From: Hypanus sabinus
Taxonomy: Eukaryota
Assembly (NCBI RefSeq): GCF_030144855.1
Contig: NC_082731.1
Span: forward strand, 28,458,001 to 28,522,000
DNA: 64,000 nucleotides
Reading direction: 5' to 3'
Of the stretch, positions 1-11,838 are shown in pieces (positions within the stretch are counted from its first letter, which is position 1; each line of letters begins with the position of its first letter). Under the pieces are notes generated by a model. That model did not search any database and had not been told where the DNA came from. It saw only the letters and a program-made list of their open reading frames with translations. A program made the position numbers and the translations under genes.

Positions 1-2480
1 TGACATGCTTCCACGATGTACCGAACCTCTTTGTCATTCCGGGCCACCAATTGCTCCTCTTGATAAACCTGAGGGTCCTGGCAATCCCTGGCAGTGTGGT
101 CATTCTTGATGAATGACCCCATTGGAGTACCTGCGACCAGACTGAACTTGTGACAAAGAGCTGACACAGAGGTCTGTTCTGAGAACCTCCCCACTTGCGC
201 TTGGGTCTTGTGAACAGGAGCTTCGATTGCTCATCAAATTGCTGTTACCACCCTGACTTGTGACAAAATGAGGGTAGGTTGCTCCTCTCATTCTGGTTCA
301 TCGAACTCACGGGACAGGGCATCTGGCTTCTGGTTCTTTGACCCCAGTCAACATATCAGGATGAATTCAAAGAACAAAGACAACCTGACCTGCTTGGAAC
401 TCAGCATCTTGGCCTCCTGAATATAAGCCAGGTTCTTCTGGACAGTCTAAATGATAAAAGGTTTCCTGGTCCTCTCAAACCAGTGACGCCATTACTCCAA
501 AGCTAAGAACTGCAAGGGGCTCCCAATTCCCATTCTCATAGTTCCTCTCCGCCAGGGATAGCCACCTGGAGAAGAATGCACACGGGTGTAGTTTACCATC
601 CGAAGGTGATCGTTGAGACGAGACGGCACCCACTCCATTGATTAAGGTCTCCACCTCCATGATGAATGGGAGGTCCGGGTTAGGAGAAACCAAGATAGAA
701 GCTGTTGTGAACCAGTGTTTGAGCTCAACAAAAGCAGACTCTGCTTCAGTCGTCCAGACGTAAGGGTGTGTAGAATTCTTAATTAGCAACATCAGCAGAC
801 TTGCACCAACTGGAGTTGCTTATGAACTTCTGGTAGAAATTTTCTAACCCCAATAAATATTGGATTTGGTTGATGCTCGATGATGGTGGCCAGTCTCTGA
901 CTGTCTGGGTCTTGGTACGTCTTGGTAGGCTCCACCTTGAGATTGCCATTGGAGATGATGAACGTCAAGAATGAAATAGTCATCACGTGAAACTTAGACT
1001 TCTCCAACAGAACATCAACTCCATGCTCTAGAAGCCTCTTTAAAATGTCCCTGACGATAACGTCATTTTTCCCCATGGACGTTGAAAAGATTAGGATATC
1101 ATCAATGTAGGTGAAGAAATACTTACAAAGAATATCCATAATGGCTGGAGCATTCACGAGGCTGAAGGGCATAACCAGGTACTCGTAGTGCCCCATCAGT
1201 GTATTGAATGCAGTCTTTCAGTCATCACATTCTCTTAGATTGTCCAGATAGTACGCACTTCGTCATTCCAGGTTTGTGAATACTCTCACTCTTGGAGCAT
1301 CTTGAAGTCCATGAATGGCAGCGCGTAGCGATTTTTGGCCATCATTTTGTACGAAGCAGAAGCCTGTGCCAGCGAGTGAGGTGGAGGGCCGAATGAGGCC
1401 TGTGGCAAGAGTCTCCTTGAGATACTCTTCCACTACACTTCCCTCTGGGCCCAAGAGAGTGTTAATCAACCCTGCAAGGGACAAGTACCAGGCAGCAGAT
1501 ATTGCACTGTTATCGGTGTTTCAGAAAAGTAAAGGCCTTTCACTTGCTCGAGGCCTCCTCCACGTCCTTGCAGATGGAAATGCTTTCAACAGGTTTGGGT
1601 GTGCTGACTCCTTGGACTTTTTTTGGAAGATGACCTCTGAGGCTTTTTAGTCAGCGGGGTGATTCAACCGACCTCAGAGTCCGCTCCCTCGGCTCGCAAA
1701 GCTCATTCATGGAAACAAGCCAAATCTGAGTCCAAATCCCCATCTCAATGCTCAGGCAATGGCAGTGAGGCATTACAGAGGGTTCTTTCCCTCCTGGAAA
1801 TTAGCTTCAAGGCTCAGCATAATGGAGTCATTCTGTTACTCGAGACCTGGTAGCTGTGTTCCTTAAGGTTGGCTGCAAGTTCCCCAGAAAGTTCGGGCAT
1901 CTCTTCGGTCCTCTCTTCAATGAGAGATTCCCTCTCTCTCTAGTTCTTGTGGGATCCTGACATGACAGTGTCGGGGCTCATACAGTCCCATTGTCTGGAA
2001 TCAGTTTGTCCATCCAGGAGTGCAGGACTGGTTCACCAGAAGGTCTTGGGTTACTTAGCACTGACAGCTGCCCCCTTTTTGGTCATTTTTCATGGGACGG
2101 TCTGGGTCTTGGAACACCATGCCACAAACAAACCCTCTTACAATGACTGGACCAAGCAATTGAGAGGCTGTGCCGGGAGGGGATTTGGTACTCGAATTAG
2201 GGTAGTAAAAGGAACAGATAATGTTAGTGTGTGGGATGCGAAACCAACGTTCTGTTTCAATGATTCTCCCCTCCCTCCAGTCCATGGAGGATTATGCTGG
2301 GATAACCAAGGGTACTGGAGAATCAGGGTTACAAGTGGGGAATCAATAATGTGGAAACTAATGTCTTCCACATGATCCGCTATCCTCATCTGCAGATCCA
2401 CTGGATCTGCCCGGAACCTAGTGGGTGACCGTCCAAGACAGTGGCAAGCATGGGACGGCTCAACTCTCACAGTGGGCAGT
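1..2480 (-). mobile_element. Degenerate Ty3/Gypsy LTR retrotransposon of the sushi-ichi/PEG10/RTL1-like type: protease, RT, RNase H and start of integrase, frameshifted
   Basis: Minus ORF fragments: 2138-2470 protease region (ISFHIIDSPLVTLILQYPWLSQHNP); 1263-1484 (EEYLKETLATGLIRPSTS); 792-1196 RT (GHYEYLVMPFSLVNAPA...YIDDILIFS); 475-792 RNase H-like (HPCAFFSRWLSLAERNY). Confidence 0.9.
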
Positions 2481-2544
2481 AACTCACAGATTAGTTACAG
2501 TACCTGGGCCTTTGTACCTCACTCTACAGTTGGATGCTCCGGTC

Positions 2545-3455
2545 AGGAAGACCACAATTGGTGATAATAACTCTCCTTGCTGACGATCAACACTGGTGCA
2601 CGTCAGGGGTGTGTGCTTAGCCCGCTGCTTCTCTCTCACTATACCCATGACTGTGTGGCTGGGCATAGCTCAAATACCATTTATAAATTTGCTGATGATC
2701 CAGCCATTGTTGGTAGAATCTCAGATGGAGATGAGAGGGTGTACAGGAGCGAGATATACTAACTTGTGGAGTGGTGTCACAGCAACAACCTGGCACTCTA
2801 TATCAGGAAGATGAAAGAGCTGATTGTGGATTTCCAGAAGGGTAAGATCATGGAGAACATACCAATCCTCACAGAGGAATCAGAATTGGAGACAGTGAGC
2901 CATTTCAAGTTCCTTGGTGTCAAGATCTCTGAGCACCTAACCTGCTCCCAACATATCAATGCAAACTCGTCAGGACTTTGAAACATCAACATAAACACTC
3001 AAAAACTTCTATAGATGTACCATGGAGAGCACTCTGACAGGCTGCCACACTGTCTGACATGGGGGGTGGGGGGGGGCCGGTGGTGGGTGGCTAATCCACA
3101 GGACCGAAAGAAGTTGCAGAGGATCGTAAATTGTGTCAGCTCCGTATTATTGGGTACTAGCCTGCATAGTACCCAGGACATCTTCAAAGAGAGGTGTCTC
3201 AGAAAGGCAGCGTCCATTATTAAGGACCCCCAGCACCCATTACCATCAGATAGGAGGTACAGAAACCTGAAGGCACACACTCAGTGATTCAGGAACAGCT
3301 TTTGCTCCTCTGCCGCTCGATTCCTAAATGGACATTGAAGCCAAGAACACCCGCTCACTTTTTAAATATATATTATTTCTGTTTTTGCATAATTTTTAAT
3401 CTTGTTCAATATACTTATACTGTAATTGATTTATTTATTTTTCTTTTATTTAAAT
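2545..3455 (+). mobile_element. Rex1/Babar-type LINE, 5'-truncated RT C-terminus and 3'UTR
   Basis: NTGARQGCVLSPLLLSHYTHDCV...YKFADD, then EWCHSNNLAL..KELIVDF; T-rich 3'UTR. A matching tail probably resumes at 7540-7628 beyond the CR1 insertion. Confidence 0.8.
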
Positions 3456-6400
3456 GGAAGCAAGAGGCTGAGAGTGAAGGAGTAAAGGAATCTTGGAGAT
3501 TTTTTTACACTGCTCGGGGAAAAGAGGCTCGAGTGCGTAGGTGCATGATGTAGAGCGCCAAAGGTTTAAAAAAAGACCACCATATACAGTGAACAGCGGA
3601 GTGAGAGGGAGCAGAGTGGGATGGCTTTGGCTCAACAGGCTTCGGTGTGAACAGGCAGAGGTTCCGGTAAGTTTTGTTTTGTTTATTTAGAGTAGTGAGA
3701 ATGCCAGGCAGGATGTTGGAATGCTCCTCTTGCAGGATGTGGGAAGTCAGGGAGACTTCCTTAGGGATTAGTGAACTAGAGCAGGGGCTGGATGACCTCT
3801 GGATCAATCACAAGAATGAGGAGTTTATCAATTGTAGTTTCAGGAAGGTAGTTACGCAAAAGGAGCAATGCATAGGTAATTGGGTTACCGTCAGTTGAGG
3901 GAAGGGGAAAGGGAAGGCAGAGCAGGGATCCCCTGTGGCCATTCCGCTCAACAAGTATACTGATTTGGATACTGTTGGGGGGATGACCTACCTGGGACAA
4001 GCTGCAGCAGCCGGATCTCTGGCACTGAGTCTAGTTCTGCAGTGCAGAAGGGAGGGTGGAAGAAGAGGGGAGTGGTAGTGATAGGGGACTCGATAGTTAG
4101 AGCACAGACAGGAGGTTCTGTGGTTGTGACAGACAGCCGGATGGTTTGTTGCCTCCCGGGTGCCAGGGTCAGGGATGTCTCTGATCGCGTGCACAGCATT
4201 CTGAAGTGGGTGGGTGAGCAGCCAGATGTCACGGTACACATTTGTACAAATGATATAGGAAAAAAGAGTGAGGAGGTCCTGAAGAGTGAGTATAGAGAGC
4301 TCAGTAGGAAGTTAAAAAGCAGGACCTCGAGGATGGTAATCTCAGGATTGCTACCTGTGCCACGTGCCATTGAGGGTAAGTATAGGATGCTCTGGTGGAT
4401 GAACACCTAGCTGAGGAACTGGTGTAGTGTGCAGGGTTTCAGATTTCAGGATCATTGGGACCTGTTCTGGGGCAGGTGGGACCTGTACAAGAGAGATGGG
4501 TTACACCTGAACTACAAGGGGACTAATATCCTTGCAGGGAGGTTTGTTAATGCTATTGGGGAGGGTTTAAACTAGATTTGCTGGGGAATGGGAACCAGAG
4601 TGCCAGAGTAGATAGTGGAGTGGCGGTGAAAATAAATGATGTTAAAAGTTCATGCAAAGTGACAAATAGAAGGATTGTGTGTGGTGGTATTAATCTTCTG
4701 AGGTGTGTCTATTTCAATGCGAGGAGTGTTGTGGGGAAGGCTGGCGAACTGAGGGTGTGGATTGACAGATGGAATTACAACATTATAGCCATTAGTGAAA
4801 CTTGGCTACAGGAGGGGCAGGACTGGCAGCTTAATGTTCCAGGGTTCTGATGTTTCAGACATGATAGAGGCAGAGGAAAGAAGGGTGGAGGGGGTGGCAT
4901 TGCTAGTCAGGGAAAATGTTACAGCAGTGCTCAGGCAGGACAGATTAGAGGGCTTGTCTACTGAGGCCATATGGGTGGAGCTGAGAAACAGGAAAGGTAT
5001 GACCACATTAATGGAGTTGTATTATAGACCACCCAATAGTCAGTGAGAATTGGAGGACCAAATCTGCAGAGAGATAGCAGATGACTGCAGGAAACATAAA
5101 GTTGTGACAGCAGGGGATTTTAATTTTCCACATATTGATTGGGACTCCCATACTGTTAAAGGTCTGGACAAGTTATAGTTTGTAAAATGTGTTCAGGAAA
5201 GTTTTCTAAATCAGTATATAGAGGTACCAACTAGAGAGGATGCAATTTTAGATCTCCTATTAGGAAAAGATTTAGGTCAGGTGATGGAGGTGTGTGTAGG
5301 GGAACACTGTGGTTCCAGTAATCATAACACCATTAGTTTCAATTTGATCATGGAAACAGATAGATCTGGTCCTTGGGTTGAGAAAGGATCTACAAAGTGT
5401 GGATTGGGACTGGTTGTTCTCTGGCAAAGATGTGGTTGGTAAGTGGGAGGCCTTCAAAGGAGAAATTTAGAGAGTGCAGTTTGTATGTTCCTGTCAGGAT
5501 TAAAGGCAAAGTGAATAAGGATAAGGAACCTTGGTTCTCAAGGGATATTGGAAATCTAATAAAGAAGAAGAGAAAGATGTATGACATGTATAGGGAACAG
5601 GGTGAAAATAAAATGCTTGAGGAGTATAACAAGTGCAAATAAACTTTAAAAATAGAAATTAGGAGGGCTAAAAGAAGGCATGATGTTGCTTTGGCAGTCA
5701 AGGTGAAGGATAAACCAAAGATCTTCTACAGGTATATTAAGAGCAAAAGGATAGAAGGGGATAAATTTGGTCCTCAGAAGATCAGAGTGGTCGGCTATGT
5801 ATGGAACCAAAAGAAATGGGGGAGATCTTAAATAGGTTTTGCATCTGTATTTACTAAGTAAACTAGCATGGAGACAATGGAAATAAGGCAAGCAGGTAGT
5901 GAGGTCATGGAACCTACACAGATTGAAGAGGAGGAGGTGCTTGCTATTTTGAGGCAAATCAGAGTAGATAAATCCACAGGACCTTACAGGGTATTCCCTC
6001 AGACCTTGAAGGAGACAAGTGTTGAAATGGCAGGGGCCCTGGCAGATATATTTAATATGTCAGTATCTACGAGTGAGGTGCCAGAGGATTGGAGGATAGC
6101 TCATGTTCTTAGGTTGTTTAAAAATGCTCTAAAAGTAATCTGGGAAATGATAAGCCATTAAGTTTGATGTCGGTTGTACGTAAATTATTGAAAGGAGTAC
6201 TAAGAGATAGGATTGACAAGTATTTGGATAGACAGGGACTTATTAAGGAGAGTCAACATGGCTTTGTGCGTGGTAGGTCATGTTTAACAATTTTATTAGC
6301 GTTTTTCAAGGAGGTTACCAGGGAAGTGGATGAAGGGAAGGCAGTGGATGTTATCTACATGGATTTCAGTAAGGCATTTGGCAGCGTCCCGCATGGGAGG

Positions 6401-7538
6401 TTAGTTAGGAAGATTCAGTCACTAGGTATACATGGTGAGGTAGTAAGTTGGATTAGACATTGCCTCAGTGGGAGAAGTCAGAGAGTGTTAGTGAAGGATT
6501 GCTTCTCTGATTGGAGGCCAATGACTAGTGGTGTGCCACAGGGATCAGTGCTGGGTCCATTGATATTTGTCATCTGTATCAACGATCTGGATGATAATGT
6601 GGTAAATTGGATCAGCAAGTTTGCGGTTGATGCAAAGACTGGAGGTGTAGTGGACAGTGAGGAAGGTTTTTAAAGCTCGCAGAGGGATTTGGACCAGCTG
6701 GACAAATGGGCTGAAAAATGGCAGATGGGGTTTAATACAGACAAGTGTGAGGTATTGCACTTTAGAAGGACAAGCCAAGGTAGAACATTTAAGGTAAATG
6801 GTAGGGCACTGAGGAGTGCAGTAGAACAGAGGGATCTGGCGATACAGATTCAAAATTCCCTAAAAGAGGCATCACAGGTAGATAGGGTAGCAAAGAGAGC
6901 TTTTGGTACATTAGCCTGTATAAATCAAAGTATTGAGTATAAGAGTTGGAATGTTATGGTGAGGTTGTATAAAGCATTGGTGAGGCCGAATTTGGAGCAT
7001 TGTGTGCAATTTTTGTCACCAAATTACAGGAAGGATACTAATAAGGTTGAAAGAGTGCAGGGAAGGTTTACAAGGATATTGCCGGGACTTGAGAAACTGA
7101 GTTACAGAGAAGGTTTGAATAGGTAAGGACTTTATTCCCTGGAGCGTAGAAGAATGAGGGGAGACTTGATAGAGTTATATAAAATTATGACGGGTATAAA
7201 TAGAGTGAATGCAAGCAGGCTTTTTCCACAGAGGTTAGGGGAGAAAAAAACGAAAGGACATGGGTTAAGGGTGAAGGGGGAAAAGTTTAAAGGGAACATG
7301 GGAGGGTGTGGCTTCTTCACACAGAGAGTGGTGAGTGTGTGGAATTAGCTGCCAGATGAAGTGGTAAATGCGTGGTCATTTTTAACATTTAAGAAAAACT
7401 TGGACAGATACATGGATGAGAGGTGTATGGAGGGATATGGTCCAGGTGCAGGTCAGTGGGACTAGGCAGAAAAATGTTCAGCACAGCCAAGAAGGGCTAA
7501 AAGGCCTGTTTCTGTGCTGTAATGTTCTATGGTTCTAT
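3456..7538 (+). mobile_element. Near full-length CR1 LINE (about 4.1 kb) with disrupted ORF1 (Cys-rich finger plus SGNH esterase) and ORF2 (APE plus RT)
   Basis: ORF1 pieces: MLECSSCRMWEV (3710), VVIGDSIVR...CCLPGARVRDV...TNDIG (4042-4410), DGLHLN. ORF2 pieces: CVYFNARSVVGK, SETWLQEG, YYRPPNS, QHGFVRGRSCLT, GVPQGSVLGP, YRKDTNKVERVQGRFTR. Ends in a TTCTATGGTTCTAT tail. Many stops and frameshifts. Confidence 0.95.
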
Positions 7539-7539
7539 A

Positions 7540-7628
7540 TTATATATTACATTGAAATGCTGCTGCTAAGTTAACAAATTTCATGACACATGCTGGTGAT
7601 AATAAACCTTATTCTGATTCTGATTCTG
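7540..7628 (+). mobile_element. LINE 3' terminus with AATAAA and (ATTCTG)n tail
   Basis: gataataaaccttattctgattctgattctg at about 7598-7628. Confidence 0.7.
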
Positions 7629-7689
7629 GATGTTGAATAGGCCAATGAATCAATGGGAATGGACTAGTGACTGTTTCAGTCACAGTCCT

Positions 7690-8230
7690 CCTGAAACTGA
7701 ACAGTCTTAGCATCCCGACTGTTGCATCCTGGGACATTCAATCATGCCCTCTGATTATCTGTTTCTCTGACTAAGGGATCTCCTATCAACACTGCATTCC
7801 TCTTCACCTCTCTCCTCTTCTGAGCAACATCACCAGACTCAGTGAAAGAGACCCAGTCACTCATCCTCACAACTGTTAGGTCAGCCCCTCAATAGTATCT
7901 AAAGTTAAATATGTATTATTGAGTGGAACAGCCACAGGTGTTCTCTGGACTGGCTGTGCATTTCCCCTCCTTCTCCTGACAGTCACCCAGTTATCTCTCT
8001 CCTGCAACCATGGGGTATCTACTTCCCTCTAGCTCCTGCTTGTCACCTCCTCATTCTCCTGTATGAGTTGAAGGTCATCGAGCTGTAGCTCCAGTTCCTT
8101 AATACATTCTCTCAGTTGCTGCAACTCGGTGCACCTGGTGTAGGTGTGTTCATCTAGGAGACTGGAGTCTCCCAGACTTCCCACATCCCACACAGAGTGC
8201 AAGACACTGCCCCAGGAGCCATTCTCACTG
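7690..8230 (-). mobile_element. CR1 ORF1 5' fragment
   Basis: MAPGAVSCTLCGMWEVWETP...CTRCTELQQLRECIKELELQLDDL; a homologous copy lies at 47157-47750. Confidence 0.85.
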
Positions 8231-8609
8231 AACTACCATGACCTAATTGATGAGGAATGAACAAATGGGAACAGAAAGAGAGAAACCTTATGGTCTTATG
8301 GAAGGTGGAGCAGGGGCTAAACAGAGGAAATTCATGGGACATAATCTCCCACACACAGAGCCTTGCTTACTAATCCTCATCAACCCCAGTTTTTAGAAAT
8401 AGCTCTTGACCCTCAGAACTCCTCCATTAAGACTGTATTGTTCTCGCTCGGCATGTAAGATAACACCGAGATAAACCGTTGTCAATGAAGACAGGATCAC
8501 AGTAGGATTAACCGTTTACTGTTCACTCTTCCACATTAACGTATGGTGAAAACTGTTGATAAAACAATACAAGATTTGTACAGCATTTGTTTCCTTCTTG
8601 ATATTACAT

Positions 8610-9461
8610 TGTTATGTATTCAGGCAACAATAAATATGAGTTCGGCAAGGGTTTTTATAACAAACAACATGTTTATTAAACACTGAAAACAAACCCCCCC
8701 AAAAGTAAACAAACACTAACGTAACCGGAAATCAGCTGCTGTGCGGCAGTTTAAACGGTTCTTAAAGCGATGCAGCTCAAACAGTTCTTAAAGCAATGTT
8801 GCAAAAACAGTTCTTTAAAGTAGTATTGCCAAAAGTTCAAAATGCTCACGGTCCATTTAAGGGAGAGACTTTTTAAGATGATTTAAATTCTCTTTCACGT
8901 CGTTTTGCTTCAATCTGGCGTCGAACTTTTCCCACGAAGAATTTACGAAACGAAACGGCTTAAAGGCACTGACCGTTCCTTTATCACACTGTCCTCAATC
9001 TTCTGCTATCCCGCAGAGATTAACACGAGAACAGCCAACGAATTCCTTCCAAATAAGGATTAAATAAGGTCGAACCGGTTTCACCATCGAAATAGATTCT
9101 CCTCGATCTTTAACTCCCGAACTCCAATCTTCACTCTCCACTGATTTCTGAACTAGCAGTACAGTAAAGAAACTGCTGGCAATGACCTTTTAAACTTTAG
9201 GCATTAGATAAAAACTTCGTCCTTCAACTAAACTGCGTCATCACATTAATTCACGCAGTGGCATGAAGTCAACTTGGCAAATCCAGCCACGAACTGCCCC
9301 TCCTCACAGGGTTGGGTCTTCCTTTTATAACCTGTAAAAAAAACCTGTTACATGATCTCTACTGGCGGGAAAATGACTTCACTCCACCATCACAAGTCCA
9401 GTATAGCTTCAACCCCAGTCACGTGACAAGGGTACCACTGTCATGTCACGAGTACGCAACA
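8610..9461 (-). repeat. 3' LTR of the Gmr1-type element
   Basis: Direct repeat of 19574-20440; TGTTATG...GCAACA ends; adjacent polypurine tract. Confidence 0.95.
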
Positions 9462-9656
9462 CCTCCCTCCAAAAAAAACACTTTTGGTCTGACAAGAACA
9501 AAAATTTTTAACAATTGCTTACAAGAAAACAAATGCATAAATTTTATAACATACGTAATATACAATACCATCATATAACAGCTTATAACTCACAATACAG
9601 TAGGAGTGTTACAATTGAGAAAAAAACACTCTATAAAAAAAAATTGCATTGTATAT

Positions 9657-10200
9657 TCAACATCGAGATAGACAATCACAGTGGCATGTCCAAATACACT
9701 CTTAGCTAAATTAATAGTTAAGTTAGCTTTTGAAAGCCTTTCAAACAATTTCTCCACCGCAATAATGTGTGCTTCCCAAGTATCATTTCCTGTCACTAAA
9801 TCATCAATATAAGCATCAGTATCTTTCAGTCCCTGACTCACAGAGTACAGAGTTAATCATCCTCTGGAAAGTACCTGGGGCATTCTTCATCCCAAATGGA
9901 AGAACATTATACTCATATAACCCAGATGGAGTTACAAATGCAGAAATCTCTCTACCTCTGTCTGTTAATGGAATACACCAATACCCTTTCAATAAATCAA
10001 TCTTTGTAAGGAACTTTGCTTTTCCAACTTTATCTACACAATCACCTACTCTAGGAATTGGATATGCATCTGTTTTCTTTACAGCATTCACCTTCCTATA
10101 GTCCGTACAAAACCTAATACTACCATCTGGTTTTGGCACCATAACACATGGCGAACTCTAATTCGAGTTAGAATGTCTAATGATATTATTCTCTAACATA
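9657..10200 (-). pseudogene. Gmr1-type reverse transcriptase, with RT C-terminus and nearly all of RNase H deleted
   Basis: VPKPDGSIRFCTDYRKVN, KIDLLKGYW, LPFGMKNAPGTFQR, YIDDL. After FGHAT the sequence jumps to DCLSRC* (9657-9677), the usual pol C-terminus. Confidence 0.88.
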
Positions 10201-10256
10201 TATTCAATTTCTTTCTCAGCAAGTTCACATTTTTCTATGTTCATCTGATATGGATG

Positions 10257-11826
10257 TTATTTAATAGGTTTGGCATCTCCAACATCTACATCATGTGAAG
10301 CTATAGTAGTCCTTCTCGGAACATCTGGAAATAACTCCTTATATTTAAAAATTAATTCCTTAATCTGTTGTTTCTGCTCTGGCTGTAAATGTGTTAATTT
10401 CTCATCAATATTTTCCAGAATGGTTGGATTTGGTAACCTAACAGAAACAATGTTGAATTTAGAATGAAAGTCAGATGAATCATCTATCATGTTCCTAGTT
10501 AAATCAAACTCATTCTCAATAACCACAACAGTCACAGTATCAGATTGTTTCCCAAAATATGGTTTTATCATATTTATATGGCAAAGTTGTGTTGACCTTC
10601 TACGATCTGGAGTTTTTATCACGTAATCCACATCATTGATTTTAGACACAATTTCATAAGGACCATGAAATCTAGCTTGTAAAGGATTTGTCTGCACTGG
10701 GAAAAGAACCAACACCTTATCTCCAGGCTTAGACATCCTCATCCTAGCTTCTTTATCATATCAAGTCTTCATTTTCTCCTGAGCCAACTTTAAATTTTCC
10801 TTGGCTAAGTTACAAGCTTTATGTAACCTGTCCTTAAATTTCAAAACATAGTGCAACAAATTAGTGTGTACTTCCTTACTAATCCACTCTCCTTTCAATA
10901 AAGCTAAAGGTCCTCTAACTCTATGCCCAAACACAAGTTCAAATGGACTAAAACCTAAAGATTCCTGTACCGATTCCCTTACTGCAAATTAAAGTAAGTT
11001 TATACTCTCATCCCAGTCACTTTCATTTTCCACACAATATGTCCTAATCATATACTTGAGGGTGGAATGAAACCTCTCCAAGGCACCTTGTGATTCTGGA
11101 TGGTATGCAGACAAAGTGATTTGCTTAGCTCCCAATTTATAAACTATCTGTTGAAACAATTCGGACATAAAATTACTGCCTTGATCAGTTTGTATCTCCT
11201 TAGGTAATCCAAAATAAGTAAAAAAAAATATAAGGGCCTTTGTCACAGTTTTAGCTTTTATATTCCTAAGTGGTACTGCCTCTGGAAACCTAGACGAAGT
11301 ACACATGTTAGTCAACAAATACTGATAACCAGTTTTTGTCTTTGGTAATGGACCAACACAATCTACAATAACTTTAGAAAATGGTTCACCAAATGCTGGA
11401 ATAGGTTGTAATGGAGCTACTGGTGTAACCTGATTTGGTTTACCCACAATTTGACAAGTATGGCACGTTTTACAAAACATCGCAAAATCTTTTCTTAGAC
11501 CAGGCCAGTAAAAATGTTTTAAAATCTTGTCCACAGTTTTCCGTACCCCTTGATGCCCACTACTATGAGCTAAAGTCAAAATCTCATTTCGATAAACTTT
11601 ATGGACAACTACATGGTAAACAACATTCCAATCCTCACTTGCAGGAATTGTAGCCGATCTCCACTTCCTCATCAACACTCCTTTTTCCAAGTAATATCCT
11701 ACTGGCACCTTCTCAATTTCACTACCTAGTAAAGCTTGCTCTCTTAATTTTATAATCTCAGAGTCTCTATTCTGCTCTGCTATCATCTCCTTCCGAGACA
11801 GAGATAAATCTTCATAGTCAGACTTA
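10257..11826 (-). pseudogene. Gmr1-type integrase (zinc finger, DDE core, C-terminal region)
   Basis: HSSGHQGVRKT...CKTCHTCQ; IVDCVGPLP; QTDQGSNFMS; YHPESQGALERFHSTLK. Confidence 0.92.
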
Positions 11827-11838
11827 CTCCAAGAATCT

